NCBI GenBank assembly: GCA_031273645.1 | Contig: JAISRM010000144.1 | Location: 1 to 36,512 of the forward strand | Direction of reading: 5' to 3' | Source of the DNA: Endomicrobium sp. | GTDB taxonomy: Bacteria; Elusimicrobiota; Endomicrobiia; Endomicrobiales; Endomicrobiaceae | DNA length: 36,512 bases | Shown here: in pieces, positions 25,640 through 33,820 of the stretch | Position numbering within the stretch: the first letter of the stretch is position 1 | Layout: the number at the start of each line of letters is the position of its first letter | Position numbers and translations under genes: made by a program | The notes under the pieces: generated by a model | Told to the model about the DNA's origin: nothing | The model's database searches: none | Seen by the model: the letters and a program-made list of their open reading frames with translations, nothing else

Positions 25640-28600
25640 CTATGCGGCGGACAGTATGCTTCTTATTGCGCGGGTGTCTGCTGTGTCGGGCTTAAAATTG
25701 TCTTTATCAAATTCAACTTCTTTGCTGTACACCATTATAAGTTCTATTGCTTTTTCGGCTGTTTTTGTGCCAAGCGGGGCTTGTTTAAGCGCATCTTCTT
25801 TGTCTGGCGTTTCTGCGTCCGGCCGGGCTTGCATAAGCGCATCTGTAATTTTTTCAATATAATTTTTATCATTGGCATTATTTAAACCGTCTATAACAGA
25901 TTCATTGTCAGCGGGATACTTCGTCTCAAAATATTTTATCGCAAGCAGCTGCCCGAGCAGTTTTTCTATATTTTTATTTTTCAAGCCGGAAGCGCGGCCT
26001 TCGGCTTTTAACTCTGCTGCGATAAGAAGTTTTTCAAGCGCGCCTTTATAAAAGGCTGTCATTATTTTATGCTTTTCTTTTAGTATTTCCTGTTTTTTTG
26101 CTATTGTAAGTTTTTCTTCTGACAACAATAATGAAGTTTGCGCCTCTATTTTATCTATATATCTTGAAAAAATAGTGTTGTAATAAAGATCTAACGGCAG
26201 CTGCGAGTATTGGCTAATAACTGCATGAACCGTAATATCCGGAAACTCTTTTAAGATTTTAGCGACGTCGATATTTCTTGCTGTTTCTAAAGCGGTTTCG
26301 GGCGTCAACGGACGGTCAAAAATGTTTGCAAGCGCTTTTGAGGAAGTCCATATATCAAGAACGTACTTTGCAAAACCCGAACGATCTGCGCCAAGATGAT
26401 TTTCTATAGCGGATTCATATATGACCGTTACGATGTTTGAATTTCTTAAAGCATTGTCAAAATCGGCGGTTTTATCGTCTATTATTTCAACGTTTTGGGG
26501 GCTTACCGCAATGTCTAAAGCGTCGGTAATAGTTTTATTTTCAACGGAATACGTTCCGTCAAAAAGTTTCTGCAATGCGGGTTCCGCCGCGTCTTCAACC
26601 ATGATGCTTATTCCGGCGGCGCGCGCTGTTTGGATAACGGAATTTAATTTGCCGGCATTACTTAGATTTTCGGCAAGAGCGGCGGTAATTATAATGTTGC
26701 CGTTAGTTGCTTTTGTAAAAATTGTTTCAAAATATTTGTTAAAATCTTCAATTGTGTTTATTTTGTCTAAAAATACTATAAACCTCTTTGCATACGTCCA
26801 TGCCTCAGCCTGCTTTAGCGTACGCGTATGGTCAAACAGCGTTAAAGCATAATCGCCTTGCATTCTGTCAACAGCCATATAAATGCGCGGTATGCCGTTT
26901 TCGGCATATTCATAGCCGTTTTTAATTTTGTTCAACACCTGCGCAGCTTCTTTAGATAAATTTTCGTAAAAATACGTTTTTGCAGGGTCATAAGGCTGCT
27001 TTGTAAGAGTTTCAAACTCGCTCCGAAGTTGCGCATATGAAACTGTTGCATCAACTACCAGCGGATCTATAGATATTTGACCGGAAACCGGAAGATAAGA
27101 GCTTATTATTTCTTTGAATTTGCCCTCAGACAATAATTGCGCTAAATTAGCGGCGTCTATATTTTCTGCATAGATAACGACAGTTCCGTCAATATAACCG
27201 CTATATACGGATTTATCGCCGGTTTTTATTCCGGTATTTGAAAAAGAATCCATGTTTTCGGCAAACAAAGCGGCGTCAGCCATATATACGGGCAAAGACG
27301 CTCTGTTTTCCGATAATGTTAAAGCCTGAGAACCAAATATTTTTTTTGCGGCTTCAAATTTATCAGAAGAGACATTGATTATGTTTACTTCCGCAACTGA
27401 TTGAGTTGTTTTGCCTGTAATCTGTTTTAGCAAGGGAACTTTAACAAAAAGTTTGTTATATAAATTTTTAAGAAGCCTGCCTATATCGGCGAATGTGCCG
27501 TCTTTGGTCATCATATATATAAATAAAGCTGCAGCCGCTATCGCTAATGCGGGAGACACAAAATTAAAAAAACCTGCGGCCGCAAGAACGCCTATCATAG
27601 CAATAGGAGAACTTTGCAGCCTGCTGCCTTCGGAAGTTCTTTGGGAAAGGCGCGCCGCCGCGTCCGCCTGCGCGGCATCTTGCGTCAAGGGCGCTTGCGC
27701 TGAAGGCTCTTGAGTTGAAGACTCTTGAGTTGAAAACTCTTGGGTTGAAAGTATAAAGTCCGCAAGCTCCTGCGAATATTTTGATGCATTTATTATTTCT
27801 GTTTCAAGAAACTCGCGCGCATTTGTATCAGAAGTTCTTTTCCATGCGTCTTGCATAAGTTTAAAAATTATATTCAAATCTGTTGCCGGCGTTTTCATGT
27901 CAAAAATTTCCGGCGAAATATCATCTGTAAAACCATTATTATCTAAAAGCGCGTACTGAGAAGAGGCGTACCTCCGGCTTCCCATATTTAAACTCCACGC
28001 AAATATAAGATTATCTCTGTTTAGATTAATCGTTTTGTTTTTGAAAACAATATAAGATTTTGCCGCTCCCCGAGCTAAATGTTCGTCTAAAATATCGGCG
28101 TTTTGCGCCGCTATAGAAGCCCTGAAATCGTAGTGGCTGTCAGTTGTCGGTAATTGCGCGTTTTTAAAAGCCGCTAAAATATCTTCGGAAAGCTTGTAAG
28201 AAGGATTTGCAATTTTTAAATAGAGAAAAGCAAAAGCTCTGTATTTAATTTCTTTAAAATCTTCGTTTTTATTTTCAACTATATCGGCTAAGAAACTCTG
28301 ATTTTGCCTGTTTTTAATAATTTGCATATACTTAATATCGCTGTCATCAAAACGCTGTTGCAGTTCTTCCTGAGAAGCAGCGTCCATATTATCTGCAATT
28401 GCATTATCAACCATAGCAAGATAATCAAAAACTTCGCCGGCAGATTCTGCGTTTTGAAATATATTTGACTGTATCAAATCATCAAGCTTTAATAAAGCGT
28501 TTTGACGCATTGAAACGATTTTTGAAAATATGTTATCTTTGTTTAGCCTGCCAATTTCGCTTATATCGGTTCTCAACTTTCTTCTGAAATCGCTCATCGC

Positions 28601-31600
28601 AAGAATATCTACTCCGGGCGCCTGCGCATTATAAAATAAATATCTGTTGACGCCGTCGCTTATTACAGGCATTTCTTTTAACAGCTGCTTAACAAATTCA
28701 TTATCGGTTTCCACCGGCACTAAGAAATCTGTTTTGCTGTCCCAATTGTAAGAAATCTGTAAAATGTTAAAAGCGTCCTGCAAATTTTTGTCTTGCGTAA
28801 AGTCGCTGCTTTGTATGCTGTTTCTTTGCGCTTGTATGAACTTCTCTGCATCATATACGCTGTCAAAAAACAGCTCTGCAATTAAAGGCGTAACTTGAGC
28901 AGGCGCGGTTTGCGCGGGCGCTTGCGCGGGCGTTTGCGCAGGCGCAGAGGTTTTGCGTCCAAATAAATTATTAATAAACCGCTGTACTCTTTTTAAGACA
29001 GGAAGCTGTTGCGCTTCTTCATCTTCTTTTTTTCTGCCTGAAGCAAACAAAGCAAAAGGAAGAAGAAATGCCCCCGAAGTTTTAGCTTTACCGGCATTTA
29101 AAGAGCCTGCCGACAACACTGTAAAGGAATTAAAATTCGGTTTGCCGTTATTATTTGGATTTAATTTGCCGTTATAATGAAGAGTCGTCGCGCCAAAGTC
29201 TGCCGCAACTTCTTTAAGCTTTCCGGAACGAGTTACAACAGCTTCATAATAACCGTTCTTTTTCGTCATTTTAACTGTCCCTGCAACGGTCCCGGCAAGA
29301 TTGTCATTGCTATAATAAACCGTAGAGCCGTCTTCATAAATCATTCTTAAAAGAAAATTCGGCGAATTAGAATTGCTGTCAAAACCTATTCTTATAACAT
29401 CCTCTTTTTCAATATTTTTTCCGGCCATCCCATCAAACACGGCAACCGCCCAATTCTCTCCGCCATAATAATTTGGCGCGCCGTATTTAAACTTTACCGC
29501 CGCTTCGGCGCTTTGCGCTGCTTGAGCTTTCGGTTTTTCCGCATCTACAGACTGCGAAGGTTTTTGCGCCGGCGCAGCTTTGGCTATTTCTTGCGGGGTC
29601 GCAACATAAGTCTTTTTTAACTCAGATACTATGACAAAAGGCTGTACGTCTTTTGGAAAAAGTCCCCATGCAGTTGAAGCCAGACTTTTTAACTTTGGAA
29701 ATATGATCCAGCCGTGTCCGGTTTGAGCAAAATAATCAACATCGGAATAAGGCAAAAGTCCCTCAGATGATTTTGCGCTTTCAATGTATTGCTTCATGGA
29801 ATTTATTGCGGCAAGCAAAAGCGGGTCAGGCGTAACGGCTAACACTTCTTCCGCCGCTTTTATAAAACCGAAAGTCCATTCAAAACTGACTATCTTGTTC
29901 TGCCTTGAATTTATAAAATCAACTCCTATATATTCGCCTTTTTCATTTTTTACTCCGGCTCCTTCCAGCGTGCGTTTTAAAAGATCTTTGCTGAAATTGC
30001 CGTCATTCATATTTTTATTTAATTTTTCTACTCCCAGCGCCAATATCATCCACGTTTGACAGTCTGTGGCAAATTTTAAATTCTTTGAACCTTTGTCATC
30101 TATTCCCGTTACAAAATAACCAATCTCTTTGTTGTACATTCCCATTAAAGCTTTTTCAAGCTTGTCGGCTGCGGCGGCATAAGTTTTTCTGTCGGTTGCA
30201 TTTGCGTATTGCGCTAAAGCTCTTAAAGCCGATAAAGCCGATATATTATTTTCAACGGATACGACTTTATTGTAATCTATGCCCAGATACGCATAATGCC
30301 CTACTTTATCTTCGGGAGCCATTACTATTAAACCTGAAGGCTGCTGCAAAGCGATCATGGCTTTGCCTAAATCGTTCATAATTTCATAAGCTTTATTGCC
30401 GATGTCCGTGCCTTTGTAGGCATTGTATATGTCGGCCATAGTCATTGCGATCCATGCGTTTTCTCCGGTTATAGGCTGAGCCTGATCTTTAAGGAATCTT
30501 CCATAAATGTCCACGATTTTCCAAAAATATCCGTGTCCGGCCGCAATATTTGCTCCGTTATAATTAAAATCTTTATTGCTTCTTACATCTCCTGCCTGAT
30601 GTAGAGCGGTAACCATTTTGCCGACCAGATCTTTGTTTTCTTCAGGGTATAAAAGCAGCGCTTTTACATAAACGCTCCAATCATAAAGTATAACGCCCCT
30701 TTCGGCTATAAGTTTTTGCGCGTCATTGTTTATTTCGTCGGTTGAACCGGCATAACTTCCGGTCAGCGCAGCGCCCTTAGAAAATACCGGATAAACGCCG
30801 CGTATCTGATTGTTGCTTATCGGAATTTCCACAGTAACTTGAGGCGTTGGAAGCGGATTAGGGTTGACCGGAGCGCCGGCAAGACTGTGCGCCAGCATAA
30901 GCATGAAAAATAATCCTACAATAAATTTCGCCATTTTGACCAGCGCCGACGTTGATTTGCTCGGCTGTTCAGACGGCTTTGTCTCGTCTTTTTCACGCTG
31001 CTTTTGAAAAGCCGCTTTTTGAAAAAATTCAGGCATTCTGCCTATAAGTTCGTAGGGAATTTCGTCAACAGATTTATCTTTGTAATTTTGTTCTATTTCG
31101 GGGATAACGCCGTAAACGCCTTTTTTTGATAAATCGTAATTTGAGTAGGCGGCGTAAATGAAAATTTTCTTAAACGTTTCATAAGTTTGGGCATTATTAA
31201 TATCGGTCAAAGAATATAAATCAAAAGAGTTTGAAAGAACATTTTGCGCTAAAGCGATTATGTCTGTAAACCCAAGCGTGAAACTTTCGAGATTTTGCAT
31301 GTCGGAACTTTCCGGCGGCTTTTGAACGTTTTGAAGCGTGTAAGAGCCGTCGGCATTTTTTGAAAACGTAATTTCTGCGCCGGATATTTTAATATTATAA
31401 TAAGTATCCGATACGTTGATTACAAGATTATTTTCCCCGTAAACATCTTTTAAAAAGCCGGTAAGCATATCAAGAGCGCCGGCGGTAAAAACGCTTTGCT
31501 GCGTTAAAGCGCCTATCAATTCTTGCGGCTTCACATTTTCAAAAATTGACTTTAAATCGCTTACGGCTTTCTTCGCCTGCTCAGAACTTAGAGCCTTTAG

Positions 31601-33229
31601 CTCATATAAGCGCGCAGCCGCGTTAAAAATAGTGAACGCTCTTTCAAGCGCGGGCAAGTCAAGCGACGGCGCTAAAGTCTGGCTGAAAAACATGCTCTGC
31701 TGGGCTATTATCTGCCTGTAATTTGCTTCGGCGGCTTCAAGCCCTTCGGTAATTCTGGGCGTTATTACGACATTGCTTATTTTTTTTGCGTCTAAAAGTT
31801 CCGATATTCCGTGAGTATGGTATCCTCCGGTCACGACTATTATTATTTCTGTTGAATTATTTAAAACGGCAAGAGGCGGCTCGTTTTCAATTTTATCGCC
31901 GGATACAAGCTGCGTGTTTTTATTGATATTTTGCAAAAATATTTCGTTTCTTTGATTGTTAACGCTGTAATAATCGTTTAAAACTGGAAAATTTTCGCTT
32001 AAAGATTTTAAATGATCGGAAGATGAATATTTTGCATATATGTCTCTAAATCTTTGAAAAGTTTCCATAAAGTAGCGTTCGTCTTTTGCCGTAAGAGAAT
32101 TGGTAAGATAGCCTTGAAAAAAGTAAAAGAAATTGTTTAAGAAAGATATTTCGTTTTCCTGTATGGAAGAAGAAAGAGCCGATATTATTGTTTCGCGCAG
32201 TTTCTGTTCCTGAAAAAATAAAGCCACGGGGTTGATCTGCGAACTTAAATTTTTTACGGCGACAAAACCGCGAAGATTCGGTTTTGAATTTCCTTCAATT
32301 CCGTAATACTCTATATATTTGCATAAAGCGTCAATATCTTTAAAATTGCCGGTGCCTTCCGACATTTTGTTAAATTGGGAATAACTGATTTTGTTTTTCA
32401 GTTCCGAAACGTATTGGCTAAGTTCGGCGTTTACTTTGTTTACTTTAAGTTTTTCGGCCATTTCGTTTATCGCAATGATTTTTTTAAGTTCTCCGTACTC
32501 GCTTTCGTCTATCGGCAAAATGTTGCCGTAAACTTCGGGAGCGGCGTTTATCTGCTTTACGTATTTAAACATGCTTGCATAAAATTTGTGGTCGCTTATT
32601 TTTTTCGCATTATATCTTGCCGCAAGATTTAAGAAATTTTTGCAGGACGCGCCCAAATATTTGTTTGAAAGCCAGCCGATTTCATTTTTAACTTTAGCTA
32701 TGACGACTTGGTACTGGCTTTCATTTGAATATATTTTTCCTAAACGCTCGACATTTTCTTTGTGAACATTTGCGTCTTCAAGCCCGAAAACGTTGTTCTT
32801 ATTTTTTTCAAACGCATAATATTCCACGCCGGTAAGCCTTCCGTCTAAAATAAGCTGTTCGGCTATTTTGTTTTTAATATCGCCGCCGGAAGAAATTGAC
32901 GAAAGCCACGAAAGATCCACTTTTCCGCTTGCGCCTTCCACATAAATCGCTTTTACATTATATTTGTCGTCAAGTTTTTCTATTATCTGAGCTATATTTT
33001 TTTGAACCTGAGGATGACTGTGCAAATCCTGAATATTTACGATGACCTGTTTTGTGCCGTAACTTTTGGCGTCTATTATGTGGCCTAAATCAGACGAAAA
33101 AATTTGGTCGTTTAAAACGTTGACGTCGTTTGCCGCAATCTGCGCCGCGCCGGCCGCTGCAGACTGGGCTGTAACGCTCCATAAAAAACAAAATGCGGTA
33201 AAACTTGCAAGCGTTTTCTTAATACTCAT
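25640..33229 (-). CDS. Giant 2529-aa modular envelope protein, family unknown
   Basis: Uninterrupted ORF. GGAGG (33239-33235), 5 nt, then ATG 33229 (Met13 of the supplied translation). The Sec signal is MSIKKTLASFTAFCFLWSVTAQSAAA. There are three internal hydrophobic segments and three low-complexity linkers. I recognise no full-length family. Confidence 0.85.
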   Translation of the reverse strand: MSIKKTLASFTAFCFLWSVTAQSAAAGAAQIAANDVNVLNDQIFSSDLGHIIDAKSYGTKQVIVNIQDLHSHPQVQKNIAQIIEKLDDKYNVKAIYVEGASGKVDLSWLSSISSGGDIKNKIAEQLILDGRLTGVEYYAFEKNKNNVFGLEDANVHKENVERLGKIYSNESQYQVVIAKVKNEIGWLSNKYLGASCKNFLNLAARYNAKKISDHKFYASMFKYVKQINAAPEVYGNILPIDESEYGELKKIIAINEMAEKLKVNKVNAELSQYVSELKNKISYSQFNKMSEGTGNFKDIDALCKYIEYYGIEGNSKPNLRGFVAVKNLSSQINPVALFFQEQKLRETIISALSSSIQENEISFLNNFFYFFQGYLTNSLTAKDERYFMETFQRFRDIYAKYSSSDHLKSLSENFPVLNDYYSVNNQRNEIFLQNINKNTQLVSGDKIENEPPLAVLNNSTEIIIVVTGGYHTHGISELLDAKKISNVVITPRITEGLEAAEANYRQIIAQQSMFFSQTLAPSLDLPALERAFTIFNAAARLYELKALSSEQAKKAVSDLKSIFENVKPQELIGALTQQSVFTAGALDMLTGFLKDVYGENNLVINVSDTYYNIKISGAEITFSKNADGSYTLQNVQKPPESSDMQNLESFTLGFTDIIALAQNVLSNSFDLYSLTDINNAQTYETFKKIFIYAAYSNYDLSKKGVYGVIPEIEQNYKDKSVDEIPYELIGRMPEFFQKAAFQKQREKDETKPSEQPSKSTSALVKMAKFIVGLFFMLMLAHSLAGAPVNPNPLPTPQVTVEIPISNNQIRGVYPVFSKGAALTGSYAGSTDEINNDAQKLIAERGVILYDWSVYVKALLLYPEENKDLVGKMVTALHQAGDVRSNKDFNYNGANIAAGHGYFWKIVDIYGRFLKDQAQPITGENAWIAMTMADIYNAYKGTDIGNKAYEIMNDLGKAMIALQQPSGLIVMAPEDKVGHYAYLGIDYNKVVSVENNISALSALRALAQYANATDRKTYAAAADKLEKALMGMYNKEIGYFVTGIDDKGSKNLKFATDCQTWMILALGVEKLNKNMNDGNFSKDLLKRTLEGAGVKNEKGEYIGVDFINSRQNKIVSFEWTFGFIKAAEEVLAVTPDPLLLAAINSMKQYIESAKSSEGLLPYSDVDYFAQTGHGWIIFPKLKSLASTAWGLFPKDVQPFVIVSELKKTYVATPQEIAKAAPAQKPSQSVDAEKPKAQAAQSAEAAVKFKYGAPNYYGGENWAVAVFDGMAGKNIEKEDVIRIGFDSNSNSPNFLLRMIYEDGSTVYYSNDNLAGTVAGTVKMTKKNGYYEAVVTRSGKLKEVAADFGATTLHYNGKLNPNNNGKPNFNSFTVLSAGSLNAGKAKTSGAFLLPFALFASGRKKEDEEAQQLPVLKRVQRFINNLFGRKTSAPAQTPAQAPAQTAPAQVTPLIAELFFDSVYDAEKFIQAQRNSIQSSDFTQDKNLQDAFNILQISYNWDSKTDFLVPVETDNEFVKQLLKEMPVISDGVNRYLFYNAQAPGVDILAMSDFRRKLRTDISEIGRLNKDNIFSKIVSMRQNALLKLDDLIQSNIFQNAESAGEVFDYLAMVDNAIADNMDAASQEELQQRFDDSDIKYMQIIKNRQNQSFLADIVENKNEDFKEIKYRAFAFLYLKIANPSYKLSEDILAAFKNAQLPTTDSHYDFRASIAAQNADILDEHLARGAAKSYIVFKNKTINLNRDNLIFAWSLNMGSRRYASSQYALLDNNGFTDDISPEIFDMKTPATDLNIIFKLMQDAWKRTSDTNAREFLETEIINASKYSQELADFILSTQEFSTQESSTQEPSAQAPLTQDAAQADAAARLSQRTSEGSRLQSSPIAMIGVLAAAGFFNFVSPALAIAAAALFIYMMTKDGTFADIGRLLKNLYNKLFVKVPLLKQITGKTTQSVAEVNIINVSSDKFEAAKKIFGSQALTLSENRASLPVYMADAALFAENMDSFSNTGIKTGDKSVYSGYIDGTVVIYAENIDAANLAQLLSEGKFKEIISSYLPVSGQISIDPLVVDATVSYAQLRSEFETLTKQPYDPAKTYFYENLSKEAAQVLNKIKNGYEYAENGIPRIYMAVDRMQGDYALTLFDHTRTLKQAEAWTYAKRFIVFLDKINTIEDFNKYFETIFTKATNGNIIITAALAENLSNAGKLNSVIQTARAAGISIMVEDAAEPALQKLFDGTYSVENKTITDALDIAVSPQNVEIIDDKTADFDNALRNSNIVTVIYESAIENHLGADRSGFAKYVLDIWTSSKALANIFDRPLTPETALETARNIDVAKILKEFPDITVHAVISQYSQLPLDLYYNTIFSRYIDKIEAQTSLLLSEEKLTIAKKQEILKEKHKIMTAFYKGALEKLLIAAELKAEGRASGLKNKNIEKLLGQLLAIKYFETKYPADNESVIDGLNNANDKNYIEKITDALMQARPDAETPDKEDALKQAPLGTKTAEKAIELIMVYSKEVEFDKDNFKPDTADTRAIRSILSAA
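27707..27751 (-). repeat. In-frame 15-bp x3 tandem repeat (encodes STQEF/STQES/STQEP linker) in the giant gene
   Basis: CTCTTGAGTTGAAGA / CTCTTGAGTTGAAAA / CTCTTGGGTTGAAAG, read directly. Confidence 0.9.
28909..28944 (-). repeat. In-frame 12-bp x3 tandem repeat (encodes the PAQ(A/T) linker) in the giant gene
   Basis: TTTGCGCGGGCG / CTTGCGCGGGCG / TTTGCGCAGGCG, read directly. Confidence 0.9.
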
Positions 33230-33239
33230 TTGTTCCTCC

Positions 33240-33279
33240 AAAAATAAAAAACCGGCTTTTAACAAGCAAAGCCGGTTTT
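33240..33279 (-). terminator. Intrinsic terminator/attenuator hairpin spanning the stop codon of the 169-aa gene, immediately upstream of the giant-gene RBS
   Basis: A perfect 12-bp stem (33268-33279 pairs with 33248-33259) with an 8-nt loop. On the minus strand it is followed by TTTATTTT. The stop codon at 33259-33261 lies at the stem/loop edge, and the GGAGG of the giant gene starts at 33239. Confidence 0.6.
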
Positions 33280-33768
33280 CATTATTATTAATTTTTTTAT
33301 TTTTACAGATGATTCTGCATTAAACAAACGCAAAAGCCCTATGTACAAAAGCATTGCCGACACAATAAACGTTAAAAATAATAAAAATAAAAGATGATGC
33401 TGCGCCGACGAGCCGCTAAACAAATAATTGCCGGCGGGCAAAAGCGTAAAAAGTTTTTTATAAGAACTTGAATTATATACTGCCGGATTATAAGAAAAAA
33501 ATTGTTTTTCGTTTTTCAACAAAGAATCGCCCCCGCCGGCAGAAAAACTTAAAACCGTAAAAGAGTTTTTAAAGCCGGCTCTTATCTGCGCGGCTATTTG
33601 GCAATAATCTTTAACAAACATTATTTTGTTATCTATAACTTTATGCAAACCTGCGGAATTTTGCCCGCAAAAAGTTTCCTCAAAAAAAGCAGAAGCTCCG
33701 GCCTCGCTTAAAGCAAACCCGGGCATAAGCAAAAACAAAACCAATAAAGAAACTATAATTTTTTTCAT
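33259..33768 (-). CDS. 169-aa hypothetical protein with N-terminal signal peptide and C-terminal membrane anchor
   Basis: MKKIIVSLLVLFLLMPGFALSEA signal, a soluble ~110-aa part with two Cys, and a C-terminal hydrophobic stretch HHLLFLLFLTFIVSAMLLYIGLL. No recognisable family and no clear SD sequence. Confidence 0.65.
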   Translation of the reverse strand: MKKIIVSLLVLFLLMPGFALSEAGASAFFEETFCGQNSAGLHKVIDNKIMFVKDYCQIAAQIRAGFKNSFTVLSFSAGGGDSLLKNEKQFFSYNPAVYNSSSYKKLFTLLPAGNYLFSGSSAQHHLLFLLFLTFIVSAMLLYIGLLRLFNAESSVKIKKLIIMKTGFAC

Positions 33769-33776
33769 TGTATCTA

Positions 33777-33805
33777 AGAATAGCCTTATTTAAAATTTTT
33801 GTCAA
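33777..33805 (-). promoter_or_regulatory. Candidate sigma70-type promoter in the clpA / 169-aa gene spacer
   Basis: The minus strand reads TTGACA (33805-33800), a 17-nt spacer, then TATTCT (33782-33777). This leaves only ~8 nt before ATG 33768, so the transcript would be nearly leaderless. Confidence 0.35.
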
Positions 33806-33820
33806 CAGGCTGCGCCTGTT

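Noticed and set aside
33230-33265. ATG 33265 (MLKAGFLFLEEQ...) as the start of the giant gene
   Set aside because: It overlaps the terminator hairpin and the end of the upstream gene and has no SD. ATG 33229 has GGAGG-N5 and begins a canonical signal peptide.
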